The notes under the pieces are model-generated. The model made no database searches and had not been told where the DNA came from. It saw only the letters and a list, made by a program, of their open reading frames with translations. The position numbers were made by a program, and so were the translations under genes. Shown piece after piece: positions 9,597 to 18,834 of a stretch of 64,000 nucleotides of DNA. The stretch spans positions 1,696,001-1,760,000 of the forward strand of contig CAXXOA010000002.1 of assembly GCA_963666275.2 (NCBI GenBank), read 5' to 3'. Numbering within the stretch: the stretch's first letter is position 1; each line of letters opens with the position of its first letter. Source of the DNA: Oceanispirochaeta sp. GTDB taxonomy: Bacteria; Spirochaetota; Spirochaetia; DSM-2461.

Positions 9597-12251
9597 TTGA
9601 TACGATTACTAAAAAGACCCAAACTTAATCTTTTCATTATAATTTTATTTACAATTTTTTGGGGATATCAGCTTCCAAACATTCAATTAGATAATGATGT
9701 AACAAAATTTCTGCCCGATGATCATCCTGTTAACAGGCAGCTGGATGAAGAAGAAGCCCTATTCGGCAGCAGCGATATAATGGTTATTGCGCTTGAAAAT
9801 ACCCAGGGGACAATTCTAAAAAAAGATTTGATTGCATTAGTATCCGATCTAACCCGATTTTCAGAAGAACTGAATGGGGTCGATGATGTTGAGAGTCTGA
9901 CAAATGTGGATTATATACAGACAATTCCTGGAGGGATGGATGTATCTCCTCTTGTGGATGATAATTTTTCCGGAACGGAAGCAGAGCTGGCGGAACTAAA
10001 GAAAAAGCTGCTTTCATGGGATGTCTATAGGGATGTTTTATACTCTGAGGATTTCTCTTCGACTCAAATTGCTATAACTCTTGTTCCAGATATAGACCCG
10101 GATCTTCAGGAGGATATTTATTTTTCATTGAAAACATACCTAGAAGGGAATCTTCCTCCAGGTATCAATCATTATATTGCCGGAAATCCCTCAGTACTCT
10201 CACTTATCTCTGTCTATATGAAAGAAGATCTTAAATCTCTGATTCCCATGGTCGTAGCTGTTTTAATTTTCTTTCTGTTTCTGTTTTTTAAAAGACCGGG
10301 AGGAGTTATTCTTCCCTTCTTCTCTGTATTGATCAGTACAGTCTGGACAATTGGGATCATGGCCTTTTTGCATATTCCTCTTTCTATTGTTTCAACTGCT
10401 ATACCTGTTCTGATGGTTGCCGTAGGGAGTGCTTATGGAATTCATGTTGTTTCCCACTATTATGACGATCTGAAGCAAACAGGGTGTATATTGGACCATG
10501 AGGCAAATGTTCAGCTTGTTCATTCAGTTATGAAGAATGTCGGTCTACCTGTTCTTACAGCTTCCCTGACCACTATTGCTGGGTTTGCCTCGCTAGCTGT
10601 CAGTCGTATAGTGCCACTGCGATATTTTGGCATCTTCACTGCTGTCGGTGTTTTTGTCGCTATGATCGTTTCACTTGTTTTGATTCCCTCCATCCTGTTA
10701 CTGAGACATAGAAGCAGTGTTAAAAAAAGTCATGATAGCAAATCAGCAGGAAATCCTTCGGCAACAGAGTACATTTTCAGCAGTGCTTCCCGGTTTCTTG
10801 GGAGCAATACTAGCAGACTTATTGTCATGTTTATTGCTGTAATTGCTCTCTCAATCTATGGGATAAACCATTTAATTGTAGACAATTCATTAATTGAATT
10901 TTTTAAGAAAGAGTCGGAAATCCGCCAGTCTGAACAGTTTATGTCAAAACATTTTGTTGGTACGGAGAGTTTTAGTATAATTCTTGAAGGCCAAGAACCT
11001 GGATCAATGGCTTATCCAGAAGTGTTACAGGGTATAAAGGAACTGGAAAAATATTTATACAAAAAATATGAGGTAGTTACTAAAGTTACCTCTTTCAGTG
11101 ATTTTGTTATGCGAATGAATCAGGTCATGAATGATCCTGATGGCTTTATTCCTCTTGAAGTTGAAGGGGAGTATGATAATGAAGGTAGTGACTGGGATGC
11201 TGGAAGCTGGAACGACGGGTTTAGTAGTTTTTCATCCTTTGTTGAAGATGAGTCCGTCATTGAAGAAGACGTGTCTTCTGTATCTTATACAGTCTCCGAG
11301 GCAAAGGACAGTTACAACCTCGAGGATAAACTCAGCTATTCTGAGTTTTGTAATCTTCTGGAAAAGGTCTGGTATGAATCAGATGCCAGCGAGCTGAACG
11401 CTTCTGAGTTGATACAGGGGGTTTTTAAGGAGCTGAACAGGGGAGGAGCGGATTATTATGAAGTTCCATTAGATCCGGAAAAATATAATTTAAATACACA
11501 GGAAGATCTTCAGAATCTGATCAGCCAATACCTTCTTCTATTTTCTGGAGATCTTGACCGTTTTACAGATGATGGTATCGAACCTTCTAAAATCCGGATC
11601 AATGTGACTCTCAAAACCACAGGATCGCGTCTTCCACATGAAATTATGGAGGATGCCAGCAATTATGCGAATAATCTTTTTCCTAAGAATGTCAAAATCT
11701 GGACGTCCGGATTGGCAAAAGCAAAATTTGCTGTAACAAACCTGATCGTTTCGACTCAGATCCATAGTATTGTTCTATCATTGATTCTGGTTTTCATAAT
11801 TGTGACTATTCAGTTCAGGTCTTTTCCAATTGGCTTTATCAGTATTATCCCTCTCTCTTTCTCTATTCTGATCAACTTCGGTGTCATGGGGTTATTCAAA
11901 ATTAAATTGGATATCGGTACCGCTATTGTCGCTTCGGTGGCAATCGGTATAGGAATTGATTACACCATTCATTTTTTAAGTGGCTATTTTCAGATATGGA
12001 AATCTCAAGAAAATCCGACTCACCGGGTGGTTATGGATAAGTTATGGATGAGTGTCGGCAAAGCTATTGTTTTTAATGCTCTCTCTGTGGCTGCCGGCTT
12101 TTGTGTCCTTGTCTTTTCCAATTTTTATCCACTGATCTACCTGGGGGTTCTTATTGTTCTGACTATGCTGACTTCCAGTCTGGGAGCCCTGACTGTATTA
12201 CCGGCAATCATAAAGATTATAAATCCCGCAAAATTGTATAAGGAGAAATAG
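9597..12251 (+). CDS. MMPL/RND-family transporter
   Basis: Two repeats of one TM, periplasmic domain, then five TM; VAVGSAYGIH and IGIGIDYTIH motifs; TTG start with GGAG SD. Confidence 0.9.
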   Translation: MIRLLKRPKLNLFIIILFTIFWGYQLPNIQLDNDVTKFLPDDHPVNRQLDEEEALFGSSDIMVIALENTQGTILKKDLIALVSDLTRFSEELNGVDDVESLTNVDYIQTIPGGMDVSPLVDDNFSGTEAELAELKKKLLSWDVYRDVLYSEDFSSTQIAITLVPDIDPDLQEDIYFSLKTYLEGNLPPGINHYIAGNPSVLSLISVYMKEDLKSLIPMVVAVLIFFLFLFFKRPGGVILPFFSVLISTVWTIGIMAFLHIPLSIVSTAIPVLMVAVGSAYGIHVVSHYYDDLKQTGCILDHEANVQLVHSVMKNVGLPVLTASLTTIAGFASLAVSRIVPLRYFGIFTAVGVFVAMIVSLVLIPSILLLRHRSSVKKSHDSKSAGNPSATEYIFSSASRFLGSNTSRLIVMFIAVIALSIYGINHLIVDNSLIEFFKKESEIRQSEQFMSKHFVGTESFSIILEGQEPGSMAYPEVLQGIKELEKYLYKKYEVVTKVTSFSDFVMRMNQVMNDPDGFIPLEVEGEYDNEGSDWDAGSWNDGFSSFSSFVEDESVIEEDVSSVSYTVSEAKDSYNLEDKLSYSEFCNLLEKVWYESDASELNASELIQGVFKELNRGGADYYEVPLDPEKYNLNTQEDLQNLISQYLLLFSGDLDRFTDDGIEPSKIRINVTLKTTGSRLPHEIMEDASNYANNLFPKNVKIWTSGLAKAKFAVTNLIVSTQIHSIVLSLILVFIIVTIQFRSFPIGFISIIPLSFSILINFGVMGLFKIKLDIGTAIVASVAIGIGIDYTIHFLSGYFQIWKSQENPTHRVVMDKLWMSVGKAIVFNALSVAAGFCVLVFSNFYPLIYLGVLIVLTMLTSSLGALTVLPAIIKIINPAKLYKEK

Positions 12252-12255
12252 AATT

Positions 12256-13035
12256 ATGTCATTAAAAAAAAGAGCAGTCCTGCTGGTTTGCACAATTTTG
12301 GTTCCTTTCAGTCTTTTTGCCCTGACAGGACGAGAAATTGCAGAAAATGTTGAAAACCGCCCTGATGGTTCTTCATCTCACACTTTGGTTCAAATGAAAT
12401 TGATAGACAAAAACGGTTTAGAAAACACAAGAATCATAGAAGAGTACAGTATGGATACTTCTGATGGTCTGGGACGTGTGGTTATGGTTTTTCACTCACC
12501 AGCTTCAGTCAAAAATACCCGTTTTCTTGTTCTGGAGAATCAGGGAAATAAAGATGATGATAAATGGATCTTCCTTCCTGCGCTTCAACGGGTCAGGAGA
12601 ATTGCTGCATCCGAAGGCGATCAGTCGTTTATGGGCACGGATTTCTCGTACGACGATATGTCCAGTCTTGATATTGACGATTATACATACACCTTATTAA
12701 CAGAGGAACGGCTGGGCGATCTTGATTGTTATGTGGTGGAAGCTGTTCCTGTTGATCCGGATGATAACCAGTATAGCAGACTTGTCACCTGGGTAGAAAA
12801 AAACAATTGGGTTAACCGGAAAGTTGAAATGTATGATAAAAAAGGCAGTCTCCTGAAAATTCTGGAGGTCAAGCAGGTTGAATCGGTCCAGGGGTATGAA
12901 ACGCCCATTATGACAAAGATGACCAATGTTCAGGATAATCATTCCACTGAGTTGACTGTACAGAAGGTTCAGTATGATGAATCTTATCCGGACGGCTTAT
13001 TTTCCACACGGTTCCTTCAATCAGGAAGACCATAA
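12256..13035 (+). CDS. Outer-membrane lipoprotein-sorting (LolA-like) protein
   Basis: DDKWIFLPALQRVRRIA and FMGTDFSYDDM signatures; signal peptide. Confidence 0.88.
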   Translation: MSLKKRAVLLVCTILVPFSLFALTGREIAENVENRPDGSSSHTLVQMKLIDKNGLENTRIIEEYSMDTSDGLGRVVMVFHSPASVKNTRFLVLENQGNKDDDKWIFLPALQRVRRIAASEGDQSFMGTDFSYDDMSSLDIDDYTYTLLTEERLGDLDCYVVEAVPVDPDDNQYSRLVTWVEKNNWVNRKVEMYDKKGSLLKILEVKQVESVQGYETPIMTKMTNVQDNHSTELTVQKVQYDESYPDGLFSTRFLQSGRP

Positions 13036-13056
13036 AAATTATTGGAGGATCATGTG

Positions 13057-14490
13057 ATGTCAAGACAAGGTTTTTTAAACATTCTCTTTTTTCTCCTGGC
13101 GGGATTGTCATTCCTATTTGCAGAGGAAAACGGAGATGGTTTTACAAGTGACTTTACAAGTGACTTTACAAGTGACTTTACAAGTGAAGGTCTGGAATCT
13201 AATCTGGAGATCTCCGGAGAAGTCAGTTCAGAATACAGGGGATATTTTAAAAATGATTCTTTGACTGATTCGATAACGGAAGGGGAATTAAAATTTCATT
13301 ATAGCAAAGAAGATTCAGAGGCTGTTATGGATATTTCTGTATCATCAGAACAAACCATCTTTCTAAATGAAGCTTCTATCTCATTTTTCGGGGGGACAGG
13401 AACTTTTGAAACGGGATTCCTTAAAAAGGTTTGGGGTAAAGGGGATAAACTTCATATTTTCAATCTGCTCAATCCTATTGACCGTTCCGATTTTATTAAT
13501 CCAGATTATCTGGATACTCTCGAACCAGAGCTTATGGTTTCATATACAATACCAGTCAGACAGATGGGACAACTGGAACTGGTTTATGTACCCAGATTTA
13601 CCCCGGATATAAATCCTTCCTCCGGAATTTGGAGCACTTTTCAAGCCGAAAACCTGAAAGAGTATATAGAATCGGAAGCTAGCTCTGCAGCTCTGGCTGT
13701 TTATGAAGAGGCATACAGTCAAATGAAGGCAAATGGAAGTTCTGATGAAAGTGCAGCAGCTTATGCTTCTATCCAGCAAACAGCTTTTCTCTCGGGACAT
13801 ACTAGTATTGAAGATTTGTCTGAAAATACAGAAAGCTGGGAAAAAAGCCAGTTTGGTTTGTATTATACTGATACATTCGGGATTTTGGATCTGGGATTTT
13901 CTGCTTATTCCGGCTATTACAGGAGCCCCTCACTGGCGGTTGATGATGAAGAGTTACGTTTGATATACAATGCACTAAGGGTTATCGGTAGTGATTTCGG
14001 GGCTGTATTTGGTCGTTTTAATACCAGGGGGGAAATTGCCTATTATTTGACAGATGATTTCAAGGGAGATGATCCGGAGATCTATAATAACAGACTGAAA
14101 TGGGTGGCCGGATTTGATGCGGATTTGCCTCTGGCAAATCTGAATTTCAATATTCAGGAGACCGGTACTTATATTTTTAATGCCAAAAATCTGACTGTAT
14201 CCGATGTGGATTTCAATAAGAATGAACAGGATACAGAGAATCTTCTGGTAGTGAAAATTACTGATAAATTGAACCATGATAGACTGGAATTGGGGATCAG
14301 GGGACTCTTTCATTTTGAAAAAAACGGCTGGATCATTGGTCCCCTGGTTACAGCGGATCTTGGGGATAATCTGAGCCTGGAGGGAGAGTCTAGGTTCTTT
14401 GGAGGAGAAGTTGATGACGAATCTCTCTTTGCACAATTTAAGGATAATGATTATTTTCAGCTGAAAATTATTTATACTTTTGCAAATTAA
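13057..14490 (+). CDS. Predicted outer-membrane beta-barrel (DUF1302-like) partner of the MMPL system
   Basis: Signal peptide; WGKGD...LNPID motif; C-terminal FAQFKDNDYFQLKIIYTF. Confidence 0.7.
   Translation: MSRQGFLNILFFLLAGLSFLFAEENGDGFTSDFTSDFTSDFTSEGLESNLEISGEVSSEYRGYFKNDSLTDSITEGELKFHYSKEDSEAVMDISVSSEQTIFLNEASISFFGGTGTFETGFLKKVWGKGDKLHIFNLLNPIDRSDFINPDYLDTLEPELMVSYTIPVRQMGQLELVYVPRFTPDINPSSGIWSTFQAENLKEYIESEASSAALAVYEEAYSQMKANGSSDESAAAYASIQQTAFLSGHTSIEDLSENTESWEKSQFGLYYTDTFGILDLGFSAYSGYYRSPSLAVDDEELRLIYNALRVIGSDFGAVFGRFNTRGEIAYYLTDDFKGDDPEIYNNRLKWVAGFDADLPLANLNFNIQETGTYIFNAKNLTVSDVDFNKNEQDTENLLVVKITDKLNHDRLELGIRGLFHFEKNGWIIGPLVTADLGDNLSLEGESRFFGGEVDDESLFAQFKDNDYFQLKIIYTFAN
13141..13187 (+). 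repeat. 12-bp in-frame tandem repeat TTTACAAGTGAC, ~3.9 copies (FTSD)
   Basis: Direct reading of sequence. Confidence 0.95.
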
Positions 14491-14642
14491 AATTTAGCCA
14501 CAATATCTGTAAACTATATTTTATTGTAACTAAATATATATAATGTAGATATATAGTCCATAGCATCAGAAATAGTCTATTCATTATATAAAAAAAAGAT
14601 TATTTATAATAGATTTGACAACAAGCCCTTCGATTGGTTAAC

Positions 14643-14686
14643 ATTTCAGACAACTGAAATAAACCTTTTAACATTTAAGGAGAAAT
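14643..14686 (+). repeat. Leader repeat copy 1 (palindrome plus SD), duplicated at 16505-16547
   Basis: Shares ACAACTGAAATAAACCTT and TAAGGAGAAAT exactly with copy 2. Confidence 0.85.
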
Positions 14687-14691
14687 GGAAA

Positions 14692-15723
14692 ATGAAGAAG
14701 TTGTCAATCGCTCTCTTGATGGCCGCTTTCACAGCCGGTCTGTTTGCAGATGACGCTATTGTAATGCCCGAAGGTGTCTTCCGGGCCAGACTCACTAATT
14801 CCTATGCATTTTATGATGAAGCATATAATGATGACGGGGAAGCTAAAGATTCCACTGAGGTCAGTATGGATCTTTTGGGAGCTGCATTTGAAATGGGGAT
14901 GACGAAAGAACTCACCCTGGGACTCCAGTGGGCTCCTGCAGCAGTCGTCTGGTCTGATGTAGACATTAATGATGCTACTTTAACTGGACAGCTGGATCAG
15001 TTATTTGTCGGAGTAAAGGCTCAAATAGTTGGTGAGCAGGGGTATGTTCCTAACGATAAGATACGTTTTGCAGTCTCTCCTGGAATCAAAATTCCACTTC
15101 AGAAATACGATGTAGAAAGTGAACTTGAAAGTGCATTGGATGGCGATGAGTTTACTGTTACGAGTTTTGATAATGAAGCTTTAGGTTTGGGTGGACGTCT
15201 GAGTCTGGATTATATTGTAAATGATGAATTTTATGTTAACGTCTATTCTGAAATTATTTACAATCTTCCCGTCGAAAAAAACCTTGATGCCCAATCTGCA
15301 GCAGCAATCTATGAATCTGCAATGGGAGATTTAATGCCCTATATTCTGAATGGTACATATACTCTGGAAGAAGCTGAAGCAATTGCTATGAAAGCAGCTA
15401 CTGATGATTATGAGTATGAGTACGGAATGGACTTTCTGATAGAAGTTGATCCTCATTATGAGATGATGGTTTCGGAAAAAGATTCTGTTAAATTCAATCT
15501 TCCTGTAAGATACACTGTCAGCCCGGAAGTACAAGTCGAAGGTGAAAAAGTTGTAGATAGCGGTTACCTTCTTACTATGGCTCCTCAGGTCGCATTTTTC
15601 AGTGCCAGCGGTGTTATGCCCTGGGAAGTATCTTTGGATTATAGTCTTCCTTTAGCGGGACAGAATGCATCAAAGTCTAATAGTGTGACCTTGCAGGTCA
15701 AATTATACGGTAGAATCTTCTAA
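14692..15723 (+). CDS. Exported protein, probable outer-membrane beta-barrel
   Basis: Signal peptide (LFA-DDA), beta-strand pattern, C-terminal Phe; own promoter TTGACA at 14615 and SD AAGGAG. Confidence 0.7.
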   Translation: MKKLSIALLMAAFTAGLFADDAIVMPEGVFRARLTNSYAFYDEAYNDDGEAKDSTEVSMDLLGAAFEMGMTKELTLGLQWAPAAVVWSDVDINDATLTGQLDQLFVGVKAQIVGEQGYVPNDKIRFAVSPGIKIPLQKYDVESELESALDGDEFTVTSFDNEALGLGGRLSLDYIVNDEFYVNVYSEIIYNLPVEKNLDAQSAAAIYESAMGDLMPYILNGTYTLEEAEAIAMKAATDDYEYEYGMDFLIEVDPHYEMMVSEKDSVKFNLPVRYTVSPEVQVEGEKVVDSGYLLTMAPQVAFFSASGVMPWEVSLDYSLPLAGQNASKSNSVTLQVKLYGRIF

Positions 15724-15777
15724 TTAGATTCGTTCCTGATAATCCGGGAAAATGCTAAAAATATAAAGAGACCAATC

Positions 15778-16437
15778 TTACTCTGAGATGGTCTCTTTTT
15801 TTACTTCTAAAGCTGAAATTAAAAGATTGAACATAGTGTCGATTATACTTTCTGCATTTACAGAAAAACTCTTCTGGACCCAATCCCTTCTAATGTAAAT
15901 TTTTTGCATTGTAGCCTGAATCATGGAAACAATCGTTACAGCAGTTGTTTTGGGATCCCCGATTGTCCTTATCGATTTATCTATATATCCTCTTTCTATT
16001 ATTCCTTCAATATCTTCCATAAGCGAGTTTATTATTGTGAGGCATTGAACAGTATTCTCCGAAGGTGTTCCCAGTATGTTTGCCTCCAGATCAAGCAGGA
16101 GAGTTATGGCAAACTGATCAATGTGATCTTTGTAATAGCTGATAAATACATTTCTGAGAGTACAAAAGCATTCAAAGGCGGAACTTGTTTTTAAAGATAA
16201 AGCCTGATCAAAAACCCACTTAAGAGTTTTGTAAGCCTCAAGGATCATAACATGGGATATATTTTCTTTATAGGGGAAGTAATGATAAAGAGTTCGCCTG
16301 CTTAACTCCGCCCGGTCTGCAATATCCAGCATTGTTGTTTTCTCATAGCCCTTGGAAATGAAAAGTTCCCTGGCAGCTTTGAGAATTTCCTTTTCCCTGC
16401 TCTCTCTTTCTCTTTGTTTCCTTTCTTGAATTCCCAT
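15778..16437 (-). CDS. TetR/AcrR-family transcriptional regulator
   Basis: ILKAARELFISKGYEKTTMLDIADRAELSRRTLYHYF HTH. Confidence 0.93.
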   Translation of the reverse strand: MGIQERKQRERESREKEILKAARELFISKGYEKTTMLDIADRAELSRRTLYHYFPYKENISHVMILEAYKTLKWVFDQALSLKTSSAFECFCTLRNVFISYYKDHIDQFAITLLLDLEANILGTPSENTVQCLTIINSLMEDIEGIIERGYIDKSIRTIGDPKTTAVTIVSMIQATMQKIYIRRDWVQKSFSVNAESIIDTMFNLLISALEVKKETISE

Positions 16438-16504
16438 TTACATAGTAAAAACTAGGACTGTTTCTTTTGTCAAGTTTAATCAAGGCCTAAAAAAAAAGGT
16501 CAGA

Positions 16505-16547
16505 TATTTCACAACTGAAATAAACCTTATTAACAATAAGGAGAAAT
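16505..16547 (+). repeat. Leader repeat copy 2 (no convincing downstream gene)
   Basis: Near-identical to 14643-14686. Confidence 0.85.
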
Positions 16548-16560
16548 ATCCGACCATGCT

Positions 16561-16597
16561 TACACATATTGTACACAAAATGCACATGCAGTGCAAT
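16561..16597. promoter_or_regulatory. Second tandem operator upstream of tetR
   Basis: TACAC-ATATT-GTACA and TGCAC-ATGCA-GTGCAAT, 20 bp apart, same geometry as 9545-9581. Confidence 0.6.
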
Positions 16598-16624
16598 GTT
16601 GTTTTTCAAATATACATCAAAAAA

Positions 16625-17323
16625 TTATTTTTCTATTGTATTCCAGTCCATTTCCTGGCCTATCTGTGCGGCCAGATTTTCCATGTCTCCGTCCGTGTGA
16701 TAGGCCATCTCAGCCTGGCTCATAATCACAGATCCTCCGGATTCACTGATCCTCACCGCATGATGATGGGAGGATTTTACGGGAAGCTCCAGAGTGCCCG
16801 ACGTGTCCTGAAGAGTAATGGATCCGTTACAGAGGCAGAAATAGGTTGTTGTGGGGTCTTCTTTGGTCAGGAAAAAGGATGTCCCCCGGATTCCTGCAAC
16901 CACATTGCCAGATTCCACCTGAAAAAGCCCCATCTCTTTCTTTATAAGGGTCGCTATATTTCTAAGCACTGCCGCGGCGGTACCTCTGTCCAGAGAGACC
17001 ATGGCTTCGGAAAAAGAGACTTTCAGCAGAGAATTTTCAAAAACCCTGATAATATTGCCTCCCAGGAAGGTGACTTCGCAGTAGGAGTCCGGGCCGGTGG
17101 ATATGACAGAACCGTCAGGGATGAGATCTCCTGTTTCGATAAGGCGTCCTCCCACCTTTACCTCTCCCTCCAGGGCAACAGCCCGTCCGTCAATGTTTGT
17201 ACGGGTGATATCTTTTTTTTCCTCTTTGCAGGAGAATAGACCGAGGCTGAGAGGAATTGTAAAAAGGACAATCATTATCCATTTCAGATGAGTAAACATG
17301 AATAGGCTCCTTATATTTTTCAT
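16625..17323 (-). CDS. FecR-domain lipoprotein
   Basis: LFS-C lipobox; ISTGPDSYCEV and VAGIRGTSF FecR motifs. Confidence 0.8.
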   Translation of the reverse strand: MKNIRSLFMFTHLKWIMIVLFTIPLSLGLFSCKEEKKDITRTNIDGRAVALEGEVKVGGRLIETGDLIPDGSVISTGPDSYCEVTFLGGNIIRVFENSLLKVSFSEAMVSLDRGTAAAVLRNIATLIKKEMGLFQVESGNVVAGIRGTSFFLTKEDPTTTYFCLCNGSITLQDTSGTLELPVKSSHHHAVRISESGGSVIMSQAEMAYHTDGDMENLAAQIGQEMDWNTIEK

Positions 17324-17400
17324 TATATGGCCTTTTCCTGTATAATGCCTCAAGAAAACGAATTGAACAATCAAATTCATTCTGATACTATCGAACTACT

Positions 17401-18675
17401 ATGCTGGATTTTAAATTTATCAAAGACAACCTGGATGCCGTCCGGGAAAACATCAAGAACAGAAATGTTACGGCCAACCCCGAAAAGGTTGTTGAACTTT
17501 ACGATAGGCGGAATGAAGTTATCCGTGAGCTGGAGGACCTGCGCCGGCTGCGGAATGAAAATGCCGCCAAAATGAAGGGTAAGCTGGACCAGGATGTCCG
17601 GCAGACTCTCATTGCCGAAGGAAAAGCTCTGAAAGAGAAGATCGCCGGTGTGGAAGAGGCTATGGCTTCTCTGCTGGAGGAACTCAAAGCTGCCGCTCAG
17701 CTGATACCCAATATGGCCCATCCCGATGCCCCTGTGGGAAAAGAGGACAAGGACAATCTGGAGCTTCTGCGCTCGGGAGACGTTCCCTCTTTTGACTTCA
17801 AACCCAAAGATCATGTAGAGCTTGCGGAAGCTATGGATCTTGTGGATTTTGAAACCGCCGGAAGGGTATCGGGAGCCAAATTCTATTACCTTAAAAATGA
17901 AGCGGTTCTTCTGGAGCTGGCTCTGACCCGTTATGCTCTGGATATCCTCAGAGAGAAAGGGTTTATCCTGACAATCACTCCGGATATTGCCAGAGAAGAG
18001 ATCGCCGAAGGCATCGGATTCAATCCCCGGGGAGAAGAGTCCAACATCTATACCCTGGAGGGGACGGGAACCTGTCTGGTCGGTACCGCCGAAATCACTC
18101 TGGGTGGTTATCATGCCGGTCAGATGCTGGATCTTGCATCAGGACCGATCCTGATGGCCGGAGTTTCCCACTGTTTCAGAAGGGAAGCCGGAGCGGCCGG
18201 TCAGTACTCCAAGGGACTCTACAGAGTTCACCAGTTTACCAAAATAGAGATGTTCGCCTACTGTACCGAAGAGGAGTCTGATGATCTTCTTATGAAGCTG
18301 AGAGGCATTGAGGAAGAGATCTTCAGCGGATTGGAAATTCCCTTCCGTGTTGTCGATACTTGTACGGGAGACCTGGGTGGTCCGGCCTACAGGAAATTCG
18401 ACCTGGAAGCCTGGATGCCCGGAAGAGGCGACGAGGGAGACTGGGGCGAAGTGACAAGTACTTCCAACTGTACTGACTATCAGGCTAGAAGACTGGGGAT
18501 CCGATATAAAGGGGAAGATGGTAAAAACCGTTATGCCCATACCCTTAACGGAACAGCTATTGCTGTTTCCAGAGCCATAATCGCCATACTGGAGAATTTT
18601 CAGCAGGCTGACGGCTCCATCCGTATTCCCGAAAAACTGGTTCCCTATATGGGAATGAAAGAGATCCGCCGCTAG
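17401..18675 (+). CDS. serS: Seryl-tRNA synthetase
   Basis: N-terminal coiled coil, GTAE, CFRREAG, GLYRVHQF, TLNGTA. Confidence 0.97.
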   Translation: MLDFKFIKDNLDAVRENIKNRNVTANPEKVVELYDRRNEVIRELEDLRRLRNENAAKMKGKLDQDVRQTLIAEGKALKEKIAGVEEAMASLLEELKAAAQLIPNMAHPDAPVGKEDKDNLELLRSGDVPSFDFKPKDHVELAEAMDLVDFETAGRVSGAKFYYLKNEAVLLELALTRYALDILREKGFILTITPDIAREEIAEGIGFNPRGEESNIYTLEGTGTCLVGTAEITLGGYHAGQMLDLASGPILMAGVSHCFRREAGAAGQYSKGLYRVHQFTKIEMFAYCTEEESDDLLMKLRGIEEEIFSGLEIPFRVVDTCTGDLGGPAYRKFDLEAWMPGRGDEGDWGEVTSTSNCTDYQARRLGIRYKGEDGKNRYAHTLNGTAIAVSRAIIAILENFQQADGSIRIPEKLVPYMGMKEIRR

Positions 18676-18834
18676 GAAGGAACTTCGGGCTGAAGCCTTC
18701 CCTTTCGATAAAACTCCTTCCGTCCATTGTCAGATCTGCCGGGGCTGGTCCCCTCAGATAAACCGGGAGGAGTTTTTCTTTGTTTTTCAGACTGAGCTTT
18801 CCCTATCAGGAAGGCCCGGGATGGGAGAGACTGT

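Larger units (their letters stand above)
9414..16624. other. AT-rich accessory island (lipid-transport-like module plus TetR)
   Basis: Abrupt visible drop in GC content and loss of G/C-ending codons between pepF and the FecR gene; no integrase or flanking repeats seen. Confidence 0.6.

Noticed and set aside
13141..13187. Repeat array as a CRISPR candidate
   Set aside because: 12-bp head-to-tail units without spacers, in frame within a CDS, and no cas genes
9414..16624. Island as an active mobile element
   Set aside because: No integrase, transposase, tRNA target or flanking direct repeat found
16556..17239. 227-aa plus-strand ORF with an upstream SD-like sequence
   Set aside because: Almost entirely antisense to the FecR lipoprotein gene, has no recognisable motif, and its start overlaps the operator pair
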